Below are positions 1-8,857 of a stretch of 64,000 nucleotides of DNA, piece after piece; positions within the stretch are counted from its first letter, which is position 1, and every line of letters begins with the position of its first letter. The DNA is from a virus. The stretch lies in IMG/VR virus record IMGVR_UViG_3300031132_000002. One strand, given 5' to 3'. The translations under genes and the position numbers were made by a program. The notes beneath the pieces were generated by a model. The model ran no database searches. It had not been told where the DNA came from and saw nothing but the letters and a program-made list of their open reading frames with translations.

Positions 1-831
1 AGTAACAGCGTATTCTACAAACTCTGTGATGTTTGCCATACGTTCTGGGTCAACACTGGCTAAGGTTTTGACCTTAGAGACAGAATGCTTATCACCTTTG
101 ACTTTAAACCATAGTCCTGAATCAAGAGCTAAAGATTCATCTGCTGGTGTCCAAACAAAACCTTCACCGATACCGGAGATACCAAAGAACTTACCAACTG
201 GACATTCTTTTTCAGCCTCTTCGGTGATCTGTACAAGCGTGTTCTGAATCAACTCTGGTTTTTCAAAGTCAATGTTCAGTGTGACGAAACCAAACTGCAA
301 CACGTTAAAGATACGTGCTTCATTGTCATTTACGCTACCAATGATACCAGTAGGAAGCCATTTCAGACCACCGTTAGGGCGTTCACCAACCGCTACGCGG
401 AACACAGTGAAGAAAGGATCTAGCTCAGTTACAGCAACACCTTTCTGGATGCCACGGCCTGCCCATTCGCCAGCGATTTCAACAGGGAACTCAAATGTGA
501 TACCTTTCTCTTCACAGATATCTTTCACTTGGCCCAGAAGTTTAGCCATATCTTTCCGATGCATAAATGCTGCAAACCCAGCGTTGTCTTTACCGATATC
601 CACCTGCTGCGCTTTAGACTGGAAGATAAACTCATCTTCTGAGCGGAACAGTACGCTACCATTTGTACCGTGGATTTTAACCGTACCGACATAAGGGATG
701 ACGTAAGTTTCTGGAATCTTAGTGACGTGCTCCTGAGTTTCAGGATTGTAATGATCATACTCAAGTTGAGTTTTCATTGTACGTACAACCTGACGGAATT
801 GATTTGTGCTCGGGTATTTTACATTGCTCAT
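1..831 (-). CDS. RNA ligase, Rnl2 family (runs off left edge)
   Basis: Manual translation from ATG at 831: MSNVKYPSTNQFRQ...GTVKIHGTNGSV...EIAGEWAGRGIQKG...GIGEGFVW...WFKVKG. KxHGTN, GE, EGxV and KxK are nucleotidyltransferase motifs of Rnl2. Not in the ORF track because it is truncated. Confidence 0.88.
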   Translation of the reverse strand, partial: MSNVKYPSTNQFRQVVRTMKTQLEYDHYNPETQEHVTKIPETYVIPYVGTVKIHGTNGSVLFRSEDEFIFQSKAQQVDIGKDNAGFAAFMHRKDMAKLLGQVKDICEEKGITFEFPVEIAGEWAGRGIQKGVAVTELDPFFTVFRVAVGERPNGGLKWLPTGIIGSVNDNEARIFNVLQFGFVTLNIDFEKPELIQNTLVQITEEAEKECPVGKFFGISGIGEGFVWTPADESLALDSGLWFKVKGDKHSVSKVKTLASVDPERMANITEFVEYAVT

Positions 832-832
832 A

Positions 833-1747
833 TTAATTTCCTCCTACTTCGTGATGATCCCAGCTAACAATGCGTTTATTAGCCATAACTTTTCCTACTT
901 CTGCCATAGAGACAGGGCGTAGGGATTTGGTGATACCTACAGTAGCATCTACTCCAACATCCATTGCCTTGCCCATATGTTGTTCCATTGCATTGCTACC
1001 GTGACAGTGACCAAACAGGTGCCAACTGTCTTTATGCATATCATCCCAACTTAAGATTGGGAAGTGACACATAGCAATCTTCTGCCCGTTCAGTGTAGTG
1101 CAAAAATAACTGCTGTCAACAAACTTTTGCTTAGGTAGGTTTACATCATAGTATTCCCACTCTTTTTCGCTGACGTGATTACCTTTCAGATGAATAATAA
1201 AACCGTTCAACTGCTCAAGTAGTTTCAAGCCTTTCGTCATACTACCAAGAGTGAGATCTCCCAGGTCAAACACTAAATCGTTAGGCTTCACCTGTTTATT
1301 CCACTCGTCGATAATCAACTGGTGCATCGTATCAATATCCGCAATGTGTTCGCGGTTATGTCGCAAAATGTTCTTATGAAGAAAGTGAACATCAGATACG
1401 AAGTGTACATTATCTTCCGAATAATGCAAGTCTTTCATTTGGTTTTTACGCAGAGCCTGTCTTTCTACATCAACAGCTTTTGCCCAATAAACATTACCTT
1501 TGATATAACCAAACCAAGGATAAATCCTGGCTAAGATAGGGCGACGACTTGGCTTACGGCCTGTTGACACGTAAAAATCAAACAATTCGTCAAAGATATC
1601 TCCGTCAAAGGACACCATCTCTTCGAAGATCATTACTGGAACCTTTCCAGTGAAAAGAGCCTTTCGTGCTAATACACGATCCATAGGTTCTTGTAGCTCT
1701 TCTCGGTAAGCCCTGAGGTAATCTAGTTTAATACTCACATCAGACAT
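833..1747 (-). CDS. calcineurin-like metallophosphoesterase with N-terminal extension
   Basis: SDVHF, DLGD, GNH, CHFP and FGHCH motifs. Confidence 0.88.
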   Translation of the reverse strand: MSDVSIKLDYLRAYREELQEPMDRVLARKALFTGKVPVMIFEEMVSFDGDIFDELFDFYVSTGRKPSRRPILARIYPWFGYIKGNVYWAKAVDVERQALRKNQMKDLHYSEDNVHFVSDVHFLHKNILRHNREHIADIDTMHQLIIDEWNKQVKPNDLVFDLGDLTLGSMTKGLKLLEQLNGFIIHLKGNHVSEKEWEYYDVNLPKQKFVDSSYFCTTLNGQKIAMCHFPILSWDDMHKDSWHLFGHCHGSNAMEQHMGKAMDVGVDATVGITKSLRPVSMAEVGKVMANKRIVSWDHHEVGGN

Positions 1748-1757
1748 AATCTTCTCC

Positions 1758-2114
1758 TTATAGTGGTCTTCTCACAACGTCTACATCAAAGTGAGCTTTG
1801 AATGTACGAGATGCTAACATAAACTTATGAACTGCGCTAGGGTTTGATGAATGAACAGTTACTTTTTTCAGTCCTTCAAAATAACCCATATGCAGATATT
1901 CCTCAAGAATGCAGAAGCCGTGATAGCCTTCTTTCTCTTCCCCAAGGTCATTGTCGAAACTGATATGAACAATATTATCATCAGTCATATCCCAAATCAA
2001 GCGGGTAAGAGTATCTTCGAAGTCTTGGAAGTTTTTGATCCAGACAGCACCTTGCATATCAAAGTTGTTTGGGTCACGAACATCATCTAACCACAGGGTA
2101 GTGCCTGGTGTCAT
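1758..2114 (-). CDS. cyclic-phosphate-processing receiver-like domain protein
   Basis: LWLDDVRDP, ISFDNDLGE and VHSSNP motifs; adjacent to phosphoesterase and RNA ligase. Confidence 0.72.
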   Translation of the reverse strand: MTPGTTLWLDDVRDPNNFDMQGAVWIKNFQDFEDTLTRLIWDMTDDNIVHISFDNDLGEEKEGYHGFCILEEYLHMGYFEGLKKVTVHSSNPSAVHKFMLASRTFKAHFDVDVVRRPL

Positions 2115-2123
2115 ATCTTCCTC

Positions 2124-2489
2124 CTAAAGTTTAGGTAATTTTAGTACAGCACGTTCTTTTGCGCAACAAGGAACGTGAGTCATTTTTCTTCTTTTTGCTT
2201 CGGGTAACATTTCAGTCCAAACAACCATCCAGTAGATCTCGTCCTTAGTGAACGGTTCTGCCATAGGATCTTCATCCTGTTTGTTCAGCCTATCCATTGC
2301 TGCTTCAATATGTTCGATTGGAGTGTTGAACGTAAATGCCTCCGTATCAAACTTACCTTTCTTCACAGGAACAGACTTAGCCACCTTTAAAGTCTTTGGA
2401 ACTTTTGGTTTAGCCGGAGCACGTTTCTTTGGAGCAGCCCTTTTAGGGGCTGCTTTCTTAATACTGCTCTTGCGCTGCGATAATTTCAT
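2124..2489 (-). CDS. hypothetical protein with Lys/Ala/Pro-rich basic N-terminus
   Basis: ORF in a tightly packed operon; KKAAPKRAAPKK repeats. Confidence 0.65.
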   Translation of the reverse strand: MKLSQRKSSIKKAAPKRAAPKKRAPAKPKVPKTLKVAKSVPVKKGKFDTEAFTFNTPIEHIEAAMDRLNKQDEDPMAEPFTKDEIYWMVVWTEMLPEAKRRKMTHVPCCAKERAVLKLPKL

Positions 2490-2727
2490 TAATGTCCACC
2501 TCTTGCATACGCTCCTGGAAATCTTCCAGAGTACGGAAGAAAGGCATATGCTCTAACGAGTTAACGTCTTCGTACACAATGATGACACCTGTCTCACGAG
2601 AAGTACCCGCACCTCGTGCGCGTCCTACTGTACGATAAAGTCCACCTTTACCGATGCAAGTATAGAACATTTCTTTTGCTTCAAACACTGTCTCATTTGG
2701 CAGTGGGATTCGACCGTCGATACTCAA
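2458..2727 (-). CDS. hypothetical protein
   Basis: ORF packed in the minus-strand operon. Confidence 0.55.
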   Translation of the reverse strand: MSIDGRIPLPNETVFEAKEMFYTCIGKGGLYRTVGRARGAGTSRETGVIIVYEDVNSLEHMPFFRTLEDFQERMQEVDINEIIAAQEQY

Positions 2728-2887
2728 GTAACACCTCCATATCTTTGATTACTGTTACCGCCTGGTAAGCGGCGTCTGTTTGTTTAGTATATTCAATCCA
2801 AGAAAGAAACTTGGATTTAATCTCTGCATATGATAGCGAAGACTCTACTTTATGGTCATCCAAAAAGATTGTATAGATTGGATTCAT
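2693..2887 (-). CDS. hypothetical protein
   Basis: GGAGGA RBS; abuts upstream stop. Confidence 0.6.
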   Translation of the reverse strand: MNPIYTIFLDDHKVESSLSYAEIKSKFLSWIEYTKQTDAAYQAVTVIKDMEVLLEYRRSNPTAK

Positions 2888-3994
2888 TTATCCTCCTTGG
2901 ATAATTTTGAGTTTATCAATGATAGCCTTTAGCTTTCTGATAGGCTTAGCTCGCATATGTCGTTTGTTCTCTGAAAGGAATCCTTCCAAGAACTCGATTG
3001 GCTTGAATGTTAACACCTCTTCGATGCCGTTGTCAACCGAAAACTGTCCTTTTAGCAGGTGGAATAAACCGTCTGGCACTTCTACAGGGATATAACCCTT
3101 AGAAATGCAGGTTTCTGCTACTAATCGACGCTTACCATCCATCCAAGAACGGTTAATTGCCCAAGCGTTATTGCCGTGCTCCTCATAGAATAACTCTACA
3201 GCCCTATCCTCCATTGACTCTTTATCAGAATCACTGGTGTAATGGTTATGATACTTGAAGTGCTCAACATCTAAATACCCCGAGGCAGACATTTCCGCGA
3301 TAAGAAGGAACTGATTTGCCTTCATTAGAAGTTCACTTGCTTCCCAACGAACCTCAAAATCCTTTGCAGTGTTGCGATCACGGTCTAGGGTGAAGGCAGC
3401 AGGACGGAAGTTATAGTCATATTTGTACTTTCCTTCCACATTACAAACAAAGATCCCGTTGATATAGAGGTCACAGCCATCTGCATCCTTCTCATATGCT
3501 TCTCCGTTGTACGATTTGTGTACTGGAGTACGGTTTTGCAGTGGTAAAAACTTATCTTCCACCTCAGAAATCACATTGTTTGGGATATTCTTGATAGAAA
3601 TTTGCACCTCTCCTAAATTATCGGTAGATACAATGCCAATGGAAAGGCATTCTTCTTCAAAAGTATCATTGTACTGGAAGGCTGGATGCCATTCTTCGTC
3701 GTAGTTTTTAACCACAACCTCTGCACCTAATCTACCAAGAACCAAGAAGGCTAATTTCATACCTTCACCAAATTTACCAATAGTGGAATCGTCGTCCTGC
3801 TTGCCGGATTTACCCATAAGCAATGCACTCACAGGTATCTTTTCACCCCGAGAGATGATCGTGATCTCTGAGTCCTCCACCAGGACTTCATAATTTGCTG
3901 TATCCACAGCGTTTTGCAGGAGTTCTCGGACACCCTCCCACCAACTCCAATGGCTTACATACGACTTTGCAATACTCAATGGGATAATCTTCAT
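2888..3994 (-). CDS. GHKL (HATPase_c-like) ATPase domain protein
   Basis: VRELLQNAVD and GKFGEGMK Bergerat-fold motifs. Confidence 0.78.
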   Translation of the reverse strand: MKIIPLSIAKSYVSHWSWWEGVRELLQNAVDTANYEVLVEDSEITIISRGEKIPVSALLMGKSGKQDDDSTIGKFGEGMKLAFLVLGRLGAEVVVKNYDEEWHPAFQYNDTFEEECLSIGIVSTDNLGEVQISIKNIPNNVISEVEDKFLPLQNRTPVHKSYNGEAYEKDADGCDLYINGIFVCNVEGKYKYDYNFRPAAFTLDRDRNTAKDFEVRWEASELLMKANQFLLIAEMSASGYLDVEHFKYHNHYTSDSDKESMEDRAVELFYEEHGNNAWAINRSWMDGKRRLVAETCISKGYIPVEVPDGLFHLLKGQFSVDNGIEEVLTFKPIEFLEGFLSENKRHMRAKPIRKLKAIIDKLKIIQGG

Positions 3995-4012
3995 ACTCTA
4001 AATACCTCCTTA

Positions 4013-4195
4013 TCAGAACTTCTTACTAAACTTCATAGACTTATCCATATAGCCACCCTGCACCATACGAGGGGCAGTGATCTGCTGTTGGCATTCTTGT
4101 TCGCATTCAGGACACGGAGCATAAGATCGTTCAGAGATCTTCTTCATCTTTTCAAATGATCCGTGTTCTTCGCAGTTATAGTTATAGATAGGCAT
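4013..4195 (-). CDS. FmdB-family zinc ribbon protein
   Basis: MPIYNYNCEEHGSFE...CPEC; start moved to ATG 4195 after a GGAGA RBS. Confidence 0.8.
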   Translation of the reverse strand: MPIYNYNCEEHGSFEKMKKISERSYAPCPECEQECQQQITAPRMVQGGYMDKSMKFSKKF

Positions 4196-4196
4196 A

Positions 4197-4325
4197 TTAA
4201 TTCTCCAACAAATATTTAAACTTTTCAGGTAGATCAAGATGGTGCCAGGCTCCAACACTCACGCCGTTTTCGCAAACGCAATGGTACACTTCACCAAACA
4301 CCAGCTTACTAACGATAGTATACAC
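4197..4325 (-). CDS. small hypothetical protein (42 aa, GTG start)
   Basis: AGGAGG 6 nt before GTG; MYTIVSKLVFGEVYHCVCENGVSVGAWHHLDLPEKFKYLLEN*. Confidence 0.55.
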   Translation of the reverse strand: MYTIVSKLVFGEVYHCVCENGVSVGAWHHLDLPEKFKYLLEN

Positions 4326-4377
4326 CTAGCACCTCCTGTATCACATTCTAAGGCGTCATCTCATTAAAGACGATGAA

Positions 4378-4527
4378 TCACCAAGGTTCACTCTTCAATA
4401 GCTTAGAATCGGTTTTATCCAGCTTAGCTTTATGCTTTGCTGCACCTCCTCTCTTAGCCTTTGGAGTAAGGTCTTTATTGTGCATCTCTAGAATAGACAT
4501 AGCAAGCGATTTATTAACTTTTTTCAA
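4378..4527 (-). CDS. small basic protein (49 aa, TTG start)
   Basis: AAGGAGA RBS before TTG; MKKVNKSLAMSILEMHNKDLTPKAKRGGAAKHKAK... Confidence 0.5.
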   Translation of the reverse strand: MKKVNKSLAMSILEMHNKDLTPKAKRGGAAKHKAKLDKTDSKLLKSEPW

Positions 4528-4589
4528 TTGGGTTCTCCTTCGTCAAATCAAGCCTGCACTCTACACGATAGAATAAGACAAATCAAGCA

Positions 4590-4618
4590 TTGACTTCATT
4601 AACAGAATGTGATACCCT
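4590..4618 (+). promoter_or_regulatory. sigma70-like promoter upstream of GA-hairpin 1
   Basis: TTGACT-17 nt-TACCCT with extended -10 TG. Confidence 0.5.
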
Positions 4619-4621
4619 ACT

Positions 4622-4851
4622 TACGAAGTATGGGAGCGAAGCGAACATACTGAGTATTAAAAGACTTAAATATTTATTCTTTTGTTGTTGACTTTTCTTT
4701 TGATGTGTGTTACCCTACTGATCTTCTACGAACGACCGAAGGGAGTGAGTAGTAATAACTTCTTTTGTTTTTAATGTTTTAGGTTGTTTTATCTTAACGA
4801 ACGTAGTGAGTTTAGATAACAGAGATGTTGTGACGCAGGAACAACAGATCT
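4622..4851 (+). repeat. array of four hairpins with tandem GA/GA mismatches and GNA triloops
   Basis: Hairpins at 4622-4656, 4726-4752, 4791-4817 and 4821-4851 (see findings). Confidence 0.75.
4688..4716 (+). promoter_or_regulatory. sigma70-like promoter upstream of GA-hairpin 2
   Basis: TTGACT-17 nt-TACCCT, same boxes as the 4590 element. Confidence 0.5.
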
Positions 4852-4880
4852 ATATAGAAGGATTATTTTTAAAATAGTGT

Positions 4881-4910
4881 TTGACAGGTAAAGTGGTTAA
4901 GGAGTACATT
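4881..4910 (+). promoter_or_regulatory. sigma70-like promoter of the rightward operon
   Basis: TTGACA-18 nt-TACATT with AT-rich upstream region. Confidence 0.6.
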
Positions 4911-4938
4911 ACATCCATCGAAACAAACAGGAGGGAAT

Positions 4939-5166
4939 ATGTTAGAAATTAAACAAGTAGCCAAGAAAAATAAAACCAGCATTCTGCTCTTACCGATTGG
5001 TGGTTTATTCAAGTTTGAAGACTCTGTGTTTATGAAGACGGACGAGGTGGGAACAGGTCATTCATCAGTTTGTGTTGATTTAGCTACAGGCGATATCAGC
5101 CGTATCTCGCAGAGCCACGAAGTCACTCCTATACACAACGCATCAATGGAGGTATTCTATGATTGA
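4939..5166 (+). CDS. hypothetical protein (paralog of next ORF)
   Basis: GGAGG RBS; shares GxxF...F.K.DE...CVxLxxG pattern with 5159..5383. Confidence 0.7.
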   Translation: MLEIKQVAKKNKTSILLLPIGGLFKFEDSVFMKTDEVGTGHSSVCVDLATGDISRISQSHEVTPIHNASMEVFYD

Positions 5167-5383
5167 GATTGAACACAAAAGCCCTACAGTGAAAGAGAAG
5201 TTAAATCGAATTAAGTCAGGTTCTGTTTTCCTGATGGATAACGATTTTTATATCAAGTCGGATGAGACGGACGGATATGGTGATCCGCAATGTGTTCGCC
5301 TACGAGATGGCTGTCTTGTGTCACCAGACGAAGAAATGATTGTCCAGGTAGCAAATTCTGTTAAGATGGAGGTGTCATTATGA
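5159..5383 (+). CDS. hypothetical protein (paralog of previous ORF)
   Basis: GGAGG RBS; overlaps both neighbours. Confidence 0.7.
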   Translation: MIEIEHKSPTVKEKLNRIKSGSVFLMDNDFYIKSDETDGYGDPQCVRLRDGCLVSPDEEMIVQVANSVKMEVSL

Positions 5384-6270
5384 GAATCACAATCCGCACT
5401 ATGTTAGGATTTAATCTTCAAAGTATCGAATGCCCGATTAAGAGTTTCACTTTCTCGGCTGGTGAGCAGCACGTAGTATTACCGAAAACACTTCAAGATA
5501 TCAGTTATGGCGATGAAGTGGTGATTGAAACTGAGATTCGTAGCGCAGAAGACTTTATGTTACTGGCTATGGTGAAAGACGCTATAACCCGCTGTGCGCA
5601 CTTCCACATTCCAGTTAAGCTGATTATGCTTTACGTTCCTTACGGTCGTCAGGATCGTGCCTGTGAAGCAGGAGAGGCATTCGGGCTTAAGGCTTTTGCT
5701 TCTATGCTTAACGCCTTGAAGTTTGACGAGGTTGTGATTGCTGATCCTCACAGTGATGTTACTCCGGCTCTGATTGAACGACTGACAGTTATCCCCCAGG
5801 AAGAGATTGTTAAGCAGATGCTTGGCGTTTACATTCCTAAAGAAGATTTCGCTATCGTTTCTCCTGATGCCGGAGCGTTGAAGAAAATCTTCAAGGTTGC
5901 TAAGGAATTAGGTGGTGTTGATGTGTATTGCGCAGAGAAGATTCGTGATACATCTACTGGTGCAATCAAACATACAGATATCTCTGTCAAAGATTTTAAA
6001 GGTCAGAATCTGATTATGGTGGATGATATCTGTGATGGCGGCTACACCTTCATTAAGCTGGCAGAACTGCTTCGAAGCCGCAACGCAGGACGTATCGATT
6101 TATACGTCACACACGGTATCTTCTCTAAAGGCTTACGTCCTCTAGAAGGAACTATTGATCGGGTTCACTCTCTCAACGTCTGGAAAGACAACATTGAAGC
6201 TGATCAGGATATCTTAGTGTTGAACCAAGGTATCAGTCGCAAAGTTTTACTGTCAAAATACTACAACTAA
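5380..6270 (+). CDS. prs: ribose-phosphate pyrophosphokinase homolog (NARP1 Adps-like)
   Basis: FSAGE, YVPYGRQDR, DPHS, VSPDAGA, MVDDICDGGYT and VTHGIFS motifs. Confidence 0.9.
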   Translation: MRITIRTMLGFNLQSIECPIKSFTFSAGEQHVVLPKTLQDISYGDEVVIETEIRSAEDFMLLAMVKDAITRCAHFHIPVKLIMLYVPYGRQDRACEAGEAFGLKAFASMLNALKFDEVVIADPHSDVTPALIERLTVIPQEEIVKQMLGVYIPKEDFAIVSPDAGALKKIFKVAKELGGVDVYCAEKIRDTSTGAIKHTDISVKDFKGQNLIMVDDICDGGYTFIKLAELLRSRNAGRIDLYVTHGIFSKGLRPLEGTIDRVHSLNVWKDNIEADQDILVLNQGISRKVLLSKYYN

Positions 6271-6333
6271 GTATTGACAATAAGAAGGGAGGGTGTAGAC
6301 TCTCCCATATCAAAAACAAAGAGGAGAACAATT

Positions 6334-8037
6334 ATGGCTAAGCGCATTAAAAACCCACTGTTTAACACTGACGGCTACAAACCATCTCACATCGATCAGT
6401 ATGCCGATAATATGGATACGCTGTTTTCAAACTTCACTCCTCGTGGTGATAAGTATTTCACACACTACGCACCAAACGCACCGCGTGGCGTTATCTCTGC
6501 TGGTGTTCAGGGTGTTCTCAAAGAACGTCTGATTGACGACTGGAACGAAAACTTCTTCTCTCGTCCGAAGGATGAAGTGGTGGCTGAGTACTCGAAGTTT
6601 ATGACTCGTTACAACGGACGCCAGAACCGAACTGATCATATTGAAGCACTGCACGATTTGGGTTATCTGCCTCTATCAGTACGTGCGTTGCCGGAAGGTG
6701 TTCTGTGTCCTATCCAGGTTCCAGTGTATACAATTCACAATACCGTTAAAGGCTTTGCGTGGTTGGTGAACTATCTGGAAACTATGCTGAGTGCAGAAAC
6801 TTGGAAGACAATGAATAACGCAACCATTGCTTTCCAGTACCGCCTGCTTGGTGAACAGTACGCAGATTTGACCTGTGATTCTAAAGATCACCTAGCATTC
6901 CAGTTCCACGACTTCTCTGCTCGTGGTTTGTCTGGTATCGATGACGGATATCGCTCTGGCTTTGGTCACTTAATGTCATTCAAAGGTACTGATACTCTTC
7001 GTGCTGTTTGCTACGTAGATGATTTCTACTACGGAGAAGATACTTTTGTTGCTGGGAGCATTCCTGCATCTGAGCACAGTGTTGCAACAACTAATATTAG
7101 TGATATTCTCGCTAAACTGATGGTTGAAGTTGACGGCTTCGCAGCAATGAACATTGATGAACAACGATTCTTCTCTGAACTGGAGTTCTTGCGTAAATAT
7201 CTGACTCAGATTTACCCTGATGGCATTGTGTCTTATGTGGCAGACAGCTACGACTATTGGGCGCTGGTTACTGAGATCCTTCCAGTTCTGAAACAAGAGA
7301 TTATGGAACGAGATGGTAAACTGGTAATTCGTCCAGATAGCGGCAAGCCCCTGCATATTATCTGTGGATACTATGTTGAGACCTTTGCTTCTCGTGAGAT
7401 CTTTGAAAACTCAAGTCGTGCTCTTCTCACCGAAGTTGCATACATCGCAGATGAACAAGTTTACCTGCGTATTCAGGACAACGAGCAGTATGGTTACGAA
7501 GAGTACGTGGAGATTCCTCGTCACGAGGCCGTAGGTACTATCCAGGTGTTGTGGGAAGAGTTTGGTGGTAAAATCAACTCTAAGGGCTATAAAGAGTTAG
7601 ATTCTCATATTGGACTGATTTACGGCGATAGCATCACTGTTTCTCTGACCAAAGAGATCTTTAAGCGCCTGGAAGGAAATGGTTTTGCATCAAGTAACAT
7701 TGTTCTGGGTGTTGGTAGCTATACTTACAACTACAGCACTCGTGATACCTTCGGGTTTGCTTGTAAAGCTACAGGTTGTGTTATTGATGGTAACGAGATT
7801 CTTGTGAGCAAAGAGCCGAAGACTGATCCAGGTAAACGTTCTGCTCGTGGATTCTTAGCTGTTGTGGCAAATCCAGAAGGTGATTTGACTCTTGAAGATG
7901 GTTTGTCTTTGTCAGACGTTTCTCACCCTAAGAACGAATTGCTGGAAGTTTTCCGTGATAGTCTGATGGTGATTGATACTAATATTGATGAAGTACGAGC
8001 CACACTGGACGATACGGTACGTAAATATCTTAAATAA
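6334..8037 (+). CDS. nadV: nicotinamide phosphoribosyltransferase homolog (NARP1 Namat-like)
   Basis: TDGYKPSH, HDFSARG, PASEHS, VADSYD, IRPDSG, IYGDSI motifs; start moved to ATG 6334 after GAGGAG. Confidence 0.9.
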   Translation: MAKRIKNPLFNTDGYKPSHIDQYADNMDTLFSNFTPRGDKYFTHYAPNAPRGVISAGVQGVLKERLIDDWNENFFSRPKDEVVAEYSKFMTRYNGRQNRTDHIEALHDLGYLPLSVRALPEGVLCPIQVPVYTIHNTVKGFAWLVNYLETMLSAETWKTMNNATIAFQYRLLGEQYADLTCDSKDHLAFQFHDFSARGLSGIDDGYRSGFGHLMSFKGTDTLRAVCYVDDFYYGEDTFVAGSIPASEHSVATTNISDILAKLMVEVDGFAAMNIDEQRFFSELEFLRKYLTQIYPDGIVSYVADSYDYWALVTEILPVLKQEIMERDGKLVIRPDSGKPLHIICGYYVETFASREIFENSSRALLTEVAYIADEQVYLRIQDNEQYGYEEYVEIPRHEAVGTIQVLWEEFGGKINSKGYKELDSHIGLIYGDSITVSLTKEIFKRLEGNGFASSNIVLGVGSYTYNYSTRDTFGFACKATGCVIDGNEILVSKEPKTDPGKRSARGFLAVVANPEGDLTLEDGLSLSDVSHPKNELLEVFRDSLMVIDTNIDEVRATLDDTVRKYLK

Positions 8038-8138
8038 GGCTTAAAGGGTGAGGGGGTGAGTTAGATAGATTGACAACTCCCCTCCATTCGTGGTATATTA
8101 ACTCTTGCTAATACTCCCTCTGTGTATGAGCAATTACT

Positions 8139-8357
8139 ATGAATGGACACAGTTTTCATTTTAGATGTAAAGCGTGTAATCGGAAACTCCACAATAAGGC
8201 TTTTGCCTCCAAAGGTGGACTGATTAAAGAATCAGATTTATGTTCCGTATGTACAAGCCTAGCATCAGATGATTCAGAATATAGAGAGTATCAGCATCAG
8301 GATCTTACTGACGTTCTTACTCCCTATACACCCTCCCCCAATAATAACCTAGATTAA
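8139..8357 (+). CDS. small zinc-binding hypothetical protein
   Basis: CKAC...CSVC; TTGACA/TATATT promoter at about 8070. Confidence 0.6.
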   Translation: MNGHSFHFRCKACNRKLHNKAFASKGGLIKESDLCSVCTSLASDDSEYREYQHQDLTDVLTPYTPSPNNNLD

Positions 8358-8366
8358 GGAAATACA

Positions 8367-8627
8367 ATGGCAACTAAGTCATACGCACTAACCGATACTG
8401 ATGGTTGGATTAAAGTGATTGACGGAAGCACTGTTTCAGTTGTTGAGGTACGAGTAGGTAACGTTTACTTGGCCTTTAGTGATACAATGCCTACAGCTTT
8501 TACTCACGATCATCACCGTCTGTCAAACTGGAGCACTATTGCCCCCGAGTTTGGCCCAGCGTGGGTTAGATCACAAACCGTAAAATCCGAAATTGTAATC
8601 TCTACAATGAACGGATCAACTACGTAA
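8367..8627 (+). CDS. hypothetical beta-rich protein
   Basis: AAGGA RBS; weak resemblance to 13946..14221. Confidence 0.65.
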   Translation: MATKSYALTDTDGWIKVIDGSTVSVVEVRVGNVYLAFSDTMPTAFTHDHHRLSNWSTIAPEFGPAWVRSQTVKSEIVISTMNGSTT

Positions 8628-8636
8628 GGAGCATTT

Positions 8637-8750
8637 ATGGCTCTTGAAATAGCAATCTCCGCACAGTTGATTTCATTACTTGTTGCTTTCGCTGTAGGTA
8701 AGCATCTTGGTAGCAAGTGTCGAAACCATACTGATCTTTCCTCTACATAA
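8637..8750 (+). CDS. small membrane protein (37 aa)
   Basis: AAGGAG RBS; MALEIAISAQLISLLVAFAVGKHLGSK... one hydrophobic helix. Confidence 0.5.
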   Translation: MALEIAISAQLISLLVAFAVGKHLGSKCRNHTDLSST

Positions 8751-8809
8751 CCAATAATCTCAGAGGGAGAAATAAATGCGAATTATTGAGATTATTTAAA
8801 TAAAAGGTG

Positions 8810-8839
8810 TTGACACGGCATCAAAAACCGTGTTAATAT
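8810..8839 (+). promoter_or_regulatory. promoter for the first tRNA-like RNAs
   Basis: TTGACA...TAATAT inside inverted repeat TTGACACGG/CCGTGTTAA. Confidence 0.55.
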
Positions 8840-8857
8840 CCTCCTCGTTGAAACAAT

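Noticed and set aside
26-867. Short ORFs at the left edge in the ORF track
   Set aside because: Shadows of the minus-strand RNA ligase gene.
4240-4333. Minus-strand GGTGCTAGG/CCTGGCACC-A stem ending in CCA, resembling a tRNA
   Set aside because: No D, anticodon or T arms; the region is better explained by a 42-aa ORF with an AGGAGG RBS.
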